Below, in pieces: positions 38,449 to 51,770 of a stretch of DNA of 64,000 nt. The translations under genes and the position numbers were made by a program. The notes below the pieces were generated by a model. The model was not told the origin of the DNA. It made no database searches and worked only from the letters and a program-made list of their open reading frames with translations. The stretch's first letter is position 1. Every line of letters starts with the position of its first letter. The stretch is from the human T2T-CHM13v2.0 reference genome, Homo sapiens. The stretch lies in NCBI RefSeq assembly GCF_009914755.1, contig NC_060926.1; one strand, 5' to 3'.

Positions 38449-38997
38449 CTGTGTACTTATTTTCAACAATTATTTAGAGAAGAGTGTTGAATTGTCTAAC
38501 TATATTTTTTGATGACCTTCTCTGTCCATGGTAACATTTTTGCTCTGAAATCCACTTTACTTGGTATCAAAATGGTGACTCCTGAATAGCACTGGTGTGA
38601 AGTGTGTTCCATTCTTTCACCTCTGATCCAATGTTGCGTGTTGCATATGTGCACACTTGTGTGGTTGGCACTTGCTTTTTAATCCAATTGAAGCAATCTC
38701 TAACCTTTAATTGGGCTATAGTTTAGGTTTGTTTCATTTAATACAATTATTGATTTGGTTAGGTTTAAAGCTAGTGTCTTGTCATTTGTTTTATCTTAAT
38801 CCAATCTGTCACTTGTTTTCTGTTTCTTTTTTGGCATTTTTGATTAACTAAGGATTTCTTACATTTTCACATTATTTCTTTTATTGGATTATCAGCTACA
38901 ACTGTTGTCTTATTTCAGTGGTTGTGTTAGGGCTTACACTATACTTCTTTTCACAGTCTATACACTAAAGAGATATTATGTCACCTCAACTGCAACA

Positions 38998-39239
38998 CAG
39001 GTCGGGTATCCCTTATCCAAAATCTTGAGACCAGAGGTGTTTCAGATTTCAGCTTTTTTCAGATTTTTGAATATTTTGAAATATTATACTTACTGGTTGA
39101 GCATCCCTAGCCTGAAAATTTGAAATCAAAAATTCTTCAATGAGCATTTCCTTTGAGCATCATGGCAGCATTCCAAAAGTTCTGGATTTTTTTAGAGCAT
39201 TTTGGATTTCAGACTCTTGGGTGAGGAATGCTTGCCCTG
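38998..39239 (+). mobile_element. Tigger4a (TcMar-Tigger) MITE
   Basis: Termini 'caggtcgggtatccct...aggaatgcttgccctg' and internal 'ggttgagcatccc', 'caatgagcatttcctttgagcatcatg'. Confidence 0.85.
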
Positions 39240-41809
39240 TCTATGACCCTTATAACAATATACTGTGTTTTCTCTCCTGCATTTGTGCTAGTGTCTCACA
39301 GTTTACCTGTCCATATTTTACAAATCCCCAATGCACTGTTATTTTGTTTTAAAAAGTTGATTCTCTCTTTTAAATAACATTTCTATTGCTTTTCATTCCT
39401 TTGTGTAGACACATTTCCATCTGGTGTCACTTTCCATCTGCCTAAAGGACCTCCCTTCACATTTCTTGTAATGCAGGACTGAGGCTCATCAGTTCTTTCC
39501 GTTTTTGTGTGTTAGGGGGAGGAAGGTCTTTATTTCATTAAGTGAAAGATATTTTCTCTAGGTAAATGTTTTCTTTCAGCACTTTAAAGATGTTGTTCTG
39601 TTGTCTTCTCATTGCATTGTTTTTAATGAGAAATTTGCTGTCATCCTTATATCTGTTCCTTTGTACCTAATGTTTCTTGTGTATCTGACTACTTTTAAGA
39701 TTTTCCCTTATCACTGGATTTGAGCAACTTGATTATGATGTGTCTTGGTGCTATTTTCTTTATATTTCTTATGCTTCGGGTTTGTTGAGCTTCTCGAGTC
39801 TATGGGATATAATTTTTAACAAATTTGGAAAATTCGAAGAAAACTGTATTCCTTAAAATATGTTTTCTGTCTCCCTCTCCTTCTACAACTATAATTACTC
39901 ATGTATTTGGATATTCAACTGCTTAAAGTTAACCCACAGCTCACTACTATTTTTTTAGTCTTCTTGTTTCTCTATTTTTCATTTCTCTGTTTTGTATTTC
40001 TTGATAGTTTCTTTCCTTGTCTTTAACTTCTCTAATCATTTTCTCTGAATTGTCTAAACCATCCTAAGTATTTTTGTCTCACGCATTGTGGCTTTCATCT
40101 TGAGAAGTTTGTTTTGGATCTTTTCTAAATCTTCCTTGTATCTAGTTAACATGATCAACCTCTTCCTCTATTATACTAAATATATGAAACATTCCTATAA
40201 TACTTGCTTTGATGTCCTTGTCTACCAGTTCTATTATATCATTTGTCATTTCCGGATCACTGTTGGTTGATTGATATTCATACCCATTGTGGGTCATTTT
40301 TTCTTCTTCACATGCTAGTAACTTTTGATTGAGTGCCGTGCATTGTGAATTTTACTTTGTCAGATGCTGTATATTTTATATTCCTGTAAATAGCTTTGAA
40401 CTTTGTTTTGAGTTTGATCTTTTTGATCTTGCTTTTATGCTTTGCTAAGTGGGATCAGAGCAGCATTTAGCCTACGGCTAATTTAATCCTCCACTGAAGG
40501 AAAACCCTTCTAAGTACTCTAACCAGAGCCCACTGAATTTGTTTTCTACTCTGGCTGGGGAGAACAGGCACTATTCCCAGCCCTGTTTGATCTATGGAGA
40601 ATGCTCCTCCTAACGTTATGTGTAGCTCTTTCTCTTTCCCATCCTCTGACCAGTATAGCTGAGTGGTCGGGGAGGATCCTCTGCAGACCTCCACAGCTCT
40701 CACTGTGTACCCTTCTCTCCTGTGAATTCCAGCTGCCTTGGACTTCCTAACTTCATCTCTGGTTTTTCATCTTAGTGAGTATACCGAGCTTTGCCTGGCC
40801 TCTTCCTTTTACCACCTGTGTCGTGCACTGGGCCCAGCGCAAGGCTCCACTCACCTGCTTCCCTGTTCTCATGGATCATTCCCCCTTCATTGCCTGGTAC
40901 CCAATAGCTGGACAACTGTTATTTCAATAATGTGTCCCATATTTTTACATTTATCAAACAGGAGGTAAATCTGGTCCTTATTACTCTATCTTTTCCAGAA
41001 GTAGAAGCTATAGAAATGTTTGTGTCATCCGAGAGTCACACAGATGAATGCTGGCCATGCCATTCATACCCTTTCTCCAGGAGGTGATGCTCTGTCAGCT
41101 GGCAAGAGTCTGGCTTGACAGGCAACCTCAGCCCTGATGTGCAGGTGAGGACCTCAGCTCTCCGACTTCATGTCATTAAACACCAAGTCAGTCACACCCT
41201 TTGGAAGTCATCTGTAACTCAATTGCAAGGAGGGAATCCACAACTCAGATAGCGGTGAGTGTCTGGTAATTGCGTTCCCCATGGGGCACCAGTTAAATTG
41301 GCAAGTCTGTGATGCCAGGCTCTCCTGTGAGCTTTGTGAGCCCAACTCAACCTTGGGAATGTAAGGATGTAGGCTTTCTGAGTCCCCAGGCTCTGGGTAG
41401 ATTATCAAGGTGAGAGCAGCTGTCAGAAACTGGCCCAACTGCTGTTCCTCATGTGACACCCAAAACACACTGCATGTCATCATGCCTAACATTCTGCAAG
41501 CTGCTGCATATAATAGGGTTACCCAAACAGTTGGACCTTGTATCTCTAAAGATCCAAAAACTTCATGTTAACCGTTTTGATGGAGTTTATGCTAATGTGT
41601 CTATTTTAAATATTTTAACAATAACAGGCAGAAATAAATGAGCAACTAAAGTCACACACTATTGTCAGCACAGTAAAGAGAACATAACATAACCCCTGCA
41701 TGGTCATGCATCAGGATCGCAAGCACCCCTTCTGTGAGAGGGTGTTAGCTCTGAGGACCTGGGAGGGTGACAGCAATTGGAAGATGTCAGTTCCTTCCCA
41801 TTTCTATGA

Positions 41810-41960
41810 ACACTAATGAGCTGTGTGGCATACAGCCAAGTCTGTGGCCCTCTCTGTCTCCACTTCCTCATCTGAAACGATGGCAATAGAACTTTCCCTT
41901 CCTGGGTTGTCAAAGTCCACGGAGAAGCATAAACCATGATTCACATGTGAGGAAGTACGC
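41810..41960 (+). mobile_element. MIR
   Basis: 'ctctctgtctccacttcctcatctgaaacgatggcaataga'. Confidence 0.55.
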
Positions 41961-43348
41961 AGGTTTCAAAGGCCCTGGTCTTTGTATAACAGCATGCTGT
42001 TCAGGCCACACTCAACAGAACCAGTCATCAGTTTCCACCACATCAGATAAAACACTTCCCACCTGAGGCCTTTGCCTCTGACAGGGTGTTTTCTTAGGAG
42101 AGACATTCTGTTAAATGATAAAGCAGATTGCTTAGAGGGGCAGTCTGCAAAGGCTCTTGTTTTTCTAGAGAAGTTATCCTTAAAGGGACAATCTGGGATT
42201 TCAGAAAATGGGACTAAGCCAGTAAGTGTTACGTATTATAAAGAGAATTGAGCAAACAGGGCCTTCAGCAACACTGCCCTGCAAGTGGTAACCAAGCCAC
42301 CTTTGATGGAGACATTTTATGGGGAATTCTTTGCATCAGCATGAGAGGTCAGGTCAGTGTTGGTCCCTCAGAAAACTAAAACCCATCAGCTTCCCACGGA
42401 AATACAATCTCCCTCCCCATTGTCCCAGTGGGAAGGCGGGTTCATCCTGGGTGCAGCCTCACAGGAAGTGAGTCTGGAAGCTTGCAGGTGTGCCCAACCC
42501 TCCCCTTTGCTCAGGCCTCTTCCTCCCCTCCCACACCTGCCCACACACAGGCCAGTGCCCTCTCACCTCCCCTCTGCTCAGGCCTCTTCCCCGCCCCCCC
42601 ACCTGCCAGTGCCCTCTCACCACCACTCTGCCAACTGCCAATTGTTAGCCAGTCCATCTCCCTCACCATCCCAGACTCCTTATCCCCATTCACCCCCTGA
42701 TATCCCCACGGCACCTAGAGTGCACTGGCCATCCAGGACATGCTGCTCAATGAAACTGACCTGACTCTCCTCTCATCCCTCAGATCCCAGTTCCTGTGGC
42801 TTCCAGAATGAAAATTCGACTGCATCATCCATGTTTAGCCCTTGGATTTAGCCCATGGATTCCCTCAGGTCTTTGGGGGTGCCTACAGCCTCCCATGCCT
42901 GGGCCCTGTCTCCCACTCCAGCTGCATCTCTTACTATGTCCTCCTTGAGGTTTCCTCATTCCTGACCATCTGCAGTTCTGCAAAGATGTCCTGGACACAG
43001 CAGACACAGAGCATGGGGAGAGACAGCCCAACCTACATAGAGGAGGGGTGGGTAGTAGGGGAAGGAAACGCCTTAAGATAGGCAGAGGGGACCACATTTC
43101 CTTCTAATCACAGTCAGATCCGCTGTAGCAATTTTTTCTGAATGGGTTATTTCACAAGCACTTACTGAGCACCTAAAATGTGCTAGTACCTAGCCTAGGA
43201 GGTGAGTAGTAAACTATGTCGCCCTCTAAAGGACAGCATTCAGCATAGGGCAGACACTGAGTGCAACAACACAACAATGGGATTCTCAGAACATAGGGTG
43301 CTCAGGGAGAGGGGAAGTTAAGTATGCCTTGGTCTGGGCAAGGGACAG

Positions 43349-43734
43349 TGATATGGTTTGGATCTGTGTCCCCGCCCAAATCTCATGTTGAATTGTAATC
43401 CCCAGTGTTGGAGGTGGGGCCTAGTGGGAGGTGATTGGAGCATGGGGACAGATGTCAACCTTGGTACTGTCCTGAGTTCTCATGAAATCTGGTTATTTGA
43501 AAATGTGTGGCACCTCCCCTCTCTTTCTGTCTTCCTCCTGCTTTAGCCATGTGAAGTAGCAGCTCCCCATTTACCTTCCACCACGATTGTAAGTTTCCTG
43601 AGGCCTCCCCAGAAGCTGATGCTGCCACGCTTCCTGCACAGCCTGCAGGACCATGAGCCAATTCAACCTCTTTTCTTTATAAATTATCCAGTGCCAGGTA
43701 TTTCTTTACAGCAGTGCAAGAGTGGACTAATACA
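43349..43734 (+). mobile_element. MSTA-like MaLR LTR
   Basis: Starts 'tgatatggtttggatctgtgtccccgcccaaatctcatgttgaattgtaatcccc' and ends 'ggactaataca'. Confidence 0.92.
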
Positions 43735-45225
43735 GAAAATTGGTACCAAGGAGAGGGATACTGCCATAAAGATTCCTTAAAATGCAAAAGTGGCCTTGGA
43801 ACTGGGTAGCAGGCAGAGGTTGGAAGAGTTTGGAGGGCTCTGAAGAAGACAGGAAGATAAGGGAAAGTTTGAAACTGTTGACGAAAAGAGTCAAACTCTG
43901 TAAAATATTTGAAGAGATTTCTGAGCCAAATATGAGTGACCATGGCCCATCACAGCCCTCAGGGGGTCCTGAGAACATGTGCCCAGGGTGGTGGGGGTAC
44001 AGCTTGGTTTTATGTATTTTAGGAAGGCATGACACATCAATCCAATACATTTAAGAAATACATTGGTTTGGTTTAGAAAGGCAGGACAACTCAAAGAGGG
44101 GGCTTCCAGGCTATAGGTAAATTAAAACATTTTCTGGTTGACAATTGGTTGAGGTTGTCTGAAAACCTGGGATGGATAGAAAGGAATGTTCAGGTTAAAG
44201 ATAAAGGATTGTGGAGACCAAGTTTTATTGTGCAGAGGAAGCTGTTAGATAGCAGACTTTAGAGAGAGCAGGTTGTAAGTTGTTTTTTATTGGACTAAAA
44301 GGTTTCCTGGCTCTTAGTTGATTATCTCCTAGATCTGGGAAGGAAGGAAGGAAAACAAAGTGGGAAGGGGATTCTCTATAGAATGTGGATTTTTCCCAGA
44401 AGAGACTTTGGAGGGCAATTTTAAGGTATGGCAAGGAAATATATTTTGGGGTTAAATATTTTTTCCTTGTCTCATAATGTTATGCCAGAGTCAGATTGAA
44501 GAGCAAGACACAATATACATGGTCAAATAAAACCCATCTGAAGAGAATATATGGTTTGTAGGGCATGACTCCCTAGACCCCTTAGGTAGGAATTTGGGTA
44601 AGATAAAAAATCAGAGCTTAGTCCTCAAAACTTCCTTGAGACTGCTTAAATTGTTGTGACCAAAATGCTGGTAGTGATGTGGACAATGAAGTCCAGGCTG
44701 AGGAGGTCTCAGATGAAAATGAGGAACTTATTGGGAACTGGTGTAAAGGTCACTTTTGTTATGCTTTGGTGAAAAGCCTGCTTGCATTGTGCCCCTAATC
44801 TAGGGATCTATGGATTGAACTTGAGAGAGATGATTGAGGGTATCTGGTGGAAGACATTTCTAAGCAGCAAAGCATTCAAGAGTTACCTGGCTGCTTCTAA
44901 CAATCTAAGCTCATATGCATGAGCAAAGAAATGACCAAAAATTGGAACTTATTTTTAAAAAGAAGAGCATAAAAGTTTGGAAAAATTGTAGCCTGGTCAA
45001 GTGAAAAGCCCATTTTCAGGGGAGGAATTTAAGCAGGTTGCAAAAATTTGCATGACTAAAAGGAAGGCAAATGCTGATAGCCAAGACAATGGGGAAAAGG
45101 CCTCGAAGGCATTTCAGAGACCTTTGCAGCAGCCCCTCCCATCACAGGCTCAGAGGCATAGGAGGGAAGGATGGTTTGGTGGGCCAGACTCAGGGCCCCA
45201 CTGCCCCCCACAGCCTCAGGACATG
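43735..45225 (+). mobile_element. MST-internal sequence, 3'-truncated and split by a MER4 LTR
   Basis: 'gaaaattggtacc...gaagaagacaggaagataagggaaagtttgaaac' resumes as 'ttccttgagactgcttaaattgttgtgaccaaaatgctg'. Confidence 0.88.
43876..44627 (-). mobile_element. MER4D/E-like ERV1 solo LTR
   Basis: TG...CA termini, 752 bp, 4-bp TSD 'aaac' (43872-43875 and 44628-44631). The reverse complement starts 'tgaggactaagctctgatttttt'. Confidence 0.88.
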
Positions 45226-45490
45226 GGATCCACATCCTGATGGTGGATCCGTGAATGACTCTGTGGAGCAGGCCACCTTCAAGCCTTCCCTGCCACTGGT
45301 CAGAACTTTGGTGAGGCAGAAAAAAAAATGTGGACTGTGATAAGCCACAGAGACAGCAGGGTTTTCTGCCTATCAGCTACAATTATCTTAACAAAGATAT
45401 GTGCAAGAAGTTCAAAAGCACATAGAAGAAAAGTATAAACTATGCAGAGAACGTATGGGGTGGGTATTAGGATAACTTCCAGTGAGTGTG

Positions 45491-46137
45491 TGTTATAGGA
45501 CCACCAGGTTAATGTGCCTGCTCCACAGTAACAGAGCAATACACTGAGACAGCAGGGATGCAGCAGAGAAAGAGTGTAATGATTGCAGGGCACCAAGCAA
45601 GGAGATGGGAAGAGTCCCTTAAATCCATCTCCCCAAGAAGTTCTGGGCTAGGGTTTTTAAGGGGAATATGGAGGGCGAGGGGCTGGAAAACTGGAATTGT
45701 TGATTGATCAGGGTAAGAGGGATGAAGTCATCAAGATGTGGAAACTACACTCTTTGGTGAGTCAGCTTTTTATAGGGTCTTTCAGTCAGCTTTTCACAGG
45801 GTCTTTCAGACCAGCTGGCACCAGTGGGGTCCTACAGACCAGCTGGCATCAGTAGTTTCACTGATATATAGGACCTGCAAGGATATCTCAGAGGGAAAAC
45901 CTAACATTTCATAATGTTCAGGTGGTTATCTCTAGAGTGGTTAAGGGGACCTCTAATCTTGTAACAGGATCCATGCAATTCTGAGGCAACAGACACCAAA
46001 CAGCTATGAGGAAGCAGGTCAGAGAGGAGGCTGACCCAGTGATCAATGCTGAGCATGGAGCAAGCTGTGTTTAATTTTTTTCTGCCCACCCCCCTTTTTC
46101 CTTGATTAATTTTATAAATGTTACAGGGACTGTTTCA
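45491..46137 (-). mobile_element. ERV1 solo LTR (LTR26/LTR8-related)
   Basis: TG...CA termini and 'caatacactgagacagcaggg...agagaaagag...aaatccatctcccc...gggtttttaagggg'. Subfamily tentative. Confidence 0.7.
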
Positions 46138-47320
46138 CATATACAAAATTGCTGCTTTGCATATATACATTTTTCTGAGGAGATGGTTGACCACATTTAT
46201 CAGATTTTTCAAAGGGGTCAGTGATATAAAACTGCTAGGATTCACTGCCTTATGTTGTCTTATTTAACCATGTGAGTTAGGCATTATTGAAGCTCAGTGA
46301 TCTAGGTTCACCAAGCCGGTGCATTCATCCATTGGTGCACCACGCATTTATTGGACATGCTGTCTGCTCCCAGCAGCCTCCAGGCCCTGGAGTGCACTAG
46401 AGAGCAAGGCAGCCCAGCCCTCGCTGTGGCAGGCTGGCGTGGGAAATACGGCAGGCATCTGAGGAGCATGCCAATAGTGTGGCAGCATCAGGAGGACCTG
46501 TTATCTGGCCTTGTGCCCAGTGGAAAGGCCCTTTTAGAGAGGAGGGCACAACAGGACTGGAAGGGTGCTGCCCACAGAAAGGGTCCCATGTGAACCCCCA
46601 GCAGCAGGGGGCAGGCCCAGGGCTGCCAGGAGGAGGCTCTGGAGCTCCAGGAAAGGGCAGAGGAGCTGGGGAGGCAGACAGCTGAGCCACGAAGTCTCTG
46701 TGGAGAGACCCTTAGAGAGACCATAAACACGAGCACCTCCAACCCAAGCCCAGCGCCACCATCACTCCAATAGTTTTCTCAGCAAACCACCTGTGAGCCC
46801 TCAGGCCCTGGGAGCGGCCAGAGGAAGCCATCTCCAGGTGACCCTCTGTCACCTGGCACTGGGCACCTTCCACCCTGGGAACCACCAGAGCCTGAGCCAG
46901 CCTGCCAGGGGCCGCCCCAAAGTGCCCCGTCAGCACAGTCCCCCAGGCCTGACACAGGCAGACGCAGGCACGGCGCTCACCGCATAATGGGCACCTTTGA
47001 TCTCCACTCTCCTGATCACGCAGAGCCAACAGCAGCAGCCTCGCGGTACAGAGGCCGGCTCAATGTCAGGGCGGCACTTGGCTACTTTGATGTCTCAGTG
47101 CCTGCCTGTTTGAAATGGAAGGTTGTCACATTAAGAAGATTATGCAGAATCCATTTGTCACCACCCTTTTCCCACTGTGGTGAAGTCTACCCACCACCTG
47201 CCACTAAAGTCATAGCTGGAACAGACGAAGATAATGGAAACAAGTTAAGGTGCCAGAGGCACTTGTGGTTACCAGAAATTTTATGAGGGGAGCAAGGTCC
47301 AGATTCTTAAAATGTTAATA

Positions 47321-47652
47321 CAGTTGTCTCTTGGTATCCACAAGGGATTGATCCCAGGACCCAGGGATAGCAAAATCTGCAGATGCTCAAGTCTCTGGAA
47401 TACAATGGCATAGTGTTTGTATATAACCTACACACCTCCTCCCGTATGCCTCAAATCATCTCTAGATTACTTGTAATACCTGAAACAATGTAAATGCTAT
47501 GGAAATAATTGTTTTACTGTATTGTTTAGAGAATAATGATAAAAAACTCTGCACATGTTCATCACAGATGCAAATTATTTTCCAAATATTTTCAATCCCA
47601 CAGTTAATTGAATTTTATGGATGCAGAACTCACAGATTTGGAGGCCCAACTG
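47321..47652 (+). mobile_element. MER2 (TcMar-Tigger)
   Basis: Terminal inverted repeats 'cagttgtctcttggtatcc' and 'ggaggcccaactg' flanked by TA, with internal 'aaatcatctctagattacttgtaatacctg'. Confidence 0.9.
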
Positions 47653-47730
47653 TACAGCAGCCTTCAAAACCCTGCCACAATCCAGGAATTCTGGCATTAA
47701 TGTGCCAAGGCTTCCAGGTGAAACTGTCTA

Positions 47731-48068
<338 letters not shown>

Positions 48069-48099
48069 GCCATCCTCAAACAGCCAGGAAGCCATGCGG

Positions 48100-48618
48100 A
48101 CTGCAATGTGTGAGGCATGGGCTCGGACACTGCCTCTGCATTCAGTCTGTGTGTGTTTTGTTGGCTTGGTCAGAGTATGAGAAGAATATTCCGCCTTGTG
48201 CAGATACAGAGTTCGAAAAGAAAGGAGTCTTCCAGTAGACTTTCGGCTAACTGGATATTCTGTTTAGGTTTTACACCAAAATTTGACAAGTGGTACTTCC
48301 TTAAAGGTTGGTTGCAATTGTGGAACCTGAAACCATACCAGGAGAATTGTCATACTCGGATATGTTAAAATTCATTGGTTTGTCTCACTTTGAATGGCTC
48401 TTTTGACCATGCGCGATTTTGTAACATTATGCATGGGCCATTTGGAAAATATTGGGTCCCTGAGTTGAGCAGACCTTCCAAACACACATCTGTGAGAAAA
48501 TGACAGTGAAAAAGGTCAATAATGTGTCAGTATTATCATGAAAATAGTTTTGACCTGACAGCCCCCGTGAATGTGTCTGGGAACCCAGGTGTTCCCAGAC
48601 CAGCTTTGAGAACTACTG
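48100..48618 (-). mobile_element. Charlie1-like hAT fragment
   Basis: 'acaccaaaatttgacaagtggt', 'gaaaatagttttgacctg' and terminal 'ctttgagaactactg'. Confidence 0.75.
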
Positions 48619-48958
48619 CCCTCCAGAATTCCTGGCACATGCACACGAGTGGGTACTGGAACATTCACAGCAGCTGTGTCATAATTGCAAACACGTGGCA
48701 ACGGCCCACATGCTCCCCAGGACCAGAACAGAAAAATCAATCATGGCAAATGCCCACCATCAAACACAACACAAGGTAAAACGAAGCAGACTCCTACAGC
48801 CATATCCATCATCACAGATGAATCTGCAGCACATAACAGGAGCGAAAGCAGTGAGCCACAGGATGAGGGAGGGTGGTACCAGTCCCACACTGTCCAAACA
48901 AGGGGGAAAGTGAGCAGCAGATGACAGGAATGCACATGCTGGGAAAAATAAGGCTATT

Positions 48959-49085
48959 TTTTTTTCTTTGTAGAGATGGGGTCACACTATATTGCCCAGT
49001 CTTGTCTTGAACTCCAGGGCTCAAGCAATCCTACCTCAGCCTCCGAAAACGCTGGAATTACAGGTGTGAGCCAGCACACCCAACC
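48959..49085 (-). mobile_element. Alu monomer (FLAM_C-like)
   Basis: Single left-arm monomer with TSD 'aggctatt'. Confidence 0.85.
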
Positions 49086-49907
49086 AGGCTATTATTAACA
49101 CAAATTTCTAGACCATAGGCACCGCTGCCAAAGACGGAGGAATGGCAAGTGTTAGCAGTCTTGTCTCTTAACCTGGGGTAGGTACTCTAGGGCCTGTGTT
49201 ATTATTCTTGAAATGGCACAAATTTCACACTCTTTTATATAATGGGGACATTTCACAATAACAACTGCTGAGGATGAGAATAAAAAAGAATAAAAATGAG
49301 AATGGCTAGTCTGGTGAGGCCTGCTGTTTCTGAGCCGTGTCACTTTGCAAACTGTCATCATGAAAGCTGTCTCCTTCACTCACTGAAACACACAGAATCA
49401 TGCTGTTTGAGAGTTACTTGAATCTTTCACAAAACTGAAGGTTTTTTTCACTGACAAGTGAGCACTCTTCAAAGCTAAGGGAGGAGCTGCCTCTCTGGGG
49501 AATCCTGCCCTGGCCACACTCTGGTCACCTCAGTCACAGCCTCTCACACCAAGACATGTGGGCACCTGAGTCCACTGCCTCATCTGTGAGCTCCCAAGGG
49601 CAAGAACCATGGGTCACCATGGAGAACGTGGGGCCAGGCAGCCCGAGGGGGCAGAGCTGCAGTCCCTCTCTCCCCGTGTGTGCTCCATGCAGGTTGAGGT
49701 GATGAACACACCTGGGCTGCCCGTCCAGGGCACTCCCCTCCTTGTCAAGGGGTGACCACCCACCACCACCGTGAGTGTCAACCTGGGTGTGCCACACTAA
49801 TTCCACCCACTTCTGCCCACTGGGGAGGCCTATGGCAAGTCAAGGAGTTTCGTAATAACCACCAGCTACTGTATTCACGAGAAGCAAACCATAAGAACAT
49901 GCGGTGC

Positions 49908-50602
49908 TGCGGAATCAGGAGGACCAGAGAAAGAGACCTTCGGGTGTATACAGGAGAATATCTTTATTCAGTGCACTCAGACCCAGCGCACTTAACATCC
50001 AAAGACTGGGCCAGAACAAAGACAGCACTTGACTTTTATACACCCTTCAAAAACGAGGTGGGTTAGCTTGAAGCAGGCTTACAGTGACAGTGGCATGAAA
50101 GCAAGGATACAGAGGCAGAACAATTCATCAAATTGTGACAGGTTCATAACTCAGGATTACACATGACCATTGCCAAGCAACCCAGATGTCTGTTTTCTAG
50201 GTTTTGCTCTAAACAGCCTTACACTGGTTTATCTCATAACCTTTACTATGGTGCCCAGACAGCTGTAGTTCAGGCCTGCTCAGGCTTCTCATGACCTTCG
50301 TTGTACTTCTTAGATACAACAGAATACTTGAAGTTACTAGTTGCAGAGAACAAGAATCTATAAACTCATAACATAAAACAAAGGAAAATTTGTTTTTCTT
50401 CTCCCTGTGTTGAGGGAGTCCTGGGAGAGTCTCCAGGTCACATTCCTTTGTGTCCCGGCTTCTTAGATAGTATTATCAAGACTTTCCCTAGGTCTGGGCT
50501 GTGCCCGTTGCTGCCTCTGGGATAAGTCAGCCTAATACAGGAAAGCTTATTTCTTTCTCTTTTTAATTTTATTTTTCTTTATTTCTTTAATTTCCCACCT
50601 GA
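49908..50602 (-). mobile_element. ERV solo LTR (LTR62/LTR66-like)
   Basis: The reverse complement starts 'aggtgggaaattaaagaaataaagaaaaataaaattaaaaagagaaagaaataagctttcctgtattaggctgac', with TATAAAA and AATAAA on the - strand. Subfamily tentative. Confidence 0.7.
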
Positions 50603-51770
50603 CAGACACCTTTTCACCCATCAAGGTGTCTCCGATGGCTTGCAGAGTGCCCAGGCACAACCCACTGCTCAGGATATTTATTGAACACTGACATGCCAGG
50701 CCCTGTGCTGGTGAGAACTGTGCCCAGTGGGCAGCGTGCCACAGTGCCTGATGCCAGTGCTGAGCTGTGCCACATCCCCTTTCTAAGAGCCGAGCACCCT
50801 GCAGGGGCATGTCTGAACATTGGGATCCACTCAAGGTCTCCCTGAGAAAAGGCCTGTTGGGTGGCCTCCGTCCACCTCATCCCCAACTCCTGTGCTGTGA
50901 GCTGCTGGGCGCTCCCCAGCCTCGTCTTCACCTGCACTGGGCCTCTCACCTTCTCACCTGGGCCCACCCCTTCCCCTCATGCTCAGCCCGGCCTGGCTGC
51001 TTTCAGTGCTTAGTTAGCTGTCACCTCCTCCAGGTAGCCCTCCTCTGTGCACCGCCCTCCCCATGCTTCCATCTACCTCGGCACATTACACAAATCTTTT
51101 CTGTTCCCTCTGTGCAGGGAGCTCCCTAGAGGCAGGAACAAGGCCCTCTGTGTCCCCAGGGCTAAGCACAGGTCTGGCTGGGTAGGTGTGACATCATTTT
51201 TGAATGAAATAAGGAATGCAGCAACTCTTATCTCCTCTGGGGCTTCCCAGGCCGAATCATGGCATGAGGACAGTGGATTGCTCAATTCCCAGAGTGCTGG
51301 GGGCGCCCAACGGCAGGTCCAGGAGAGGACCCTGAGGAGTCCAAGCTATCCCCATTCCCTGCCACCTTGTGGAAGTTATGCAGGCTCTGGATAGTAGAGG
51401 CCACAAACCTAAAACTTGAGCTCAGACCCTCCCACAGATGCTGGAGAGGCCTGAGGGAACTGCCCAAACCCAGCTCGTTCCCTCTCAGCACAGCCAAGCC
51501 TGTGCTGGGAGAAAAACGGCCTCACCCCAGGTGCTCACTGCACACCTGTGCTGTGTCAGGGGACACTGGCGCAGGGACCAGCCCCAGGGTGGCAGGCGAA
51601 AGACACACCAAGGGACCTCCCGAGTCCTTCCAGGGTCATGGCCAGAGCGCACAGATTGCACTGCACCATGTTAATTTAATGATTCTGTGAACTTTTTCTA
51701 TTTTCCTTCTTCATAATGTTTCCCCACAAGGCTCAGAACATTAGCAGGGAGTTTCAGATGGAGAGACTCA

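Larger units (their letters stand above)
36830..41010 (-). mobile_element. Long old L1M (antisense) hosting SVA, AluJ and Tigger4a
   Basis: T-rich antisense L1 motifs. The - strand ORF 37835-38098 (FSSAHETFTKIKYSLGH...NGIKL...WKLNN..LNNSWVK) is L1 ORF2 endonuclease-region sequence. Confidence 0.8.

Noticed and set aside
46601-46616. CTCF-like motif gcagcagggggcaggc
   Set aside because: A single imperfect match in GC-rich DNA cannot be supported without a PWM score or ChIP data.
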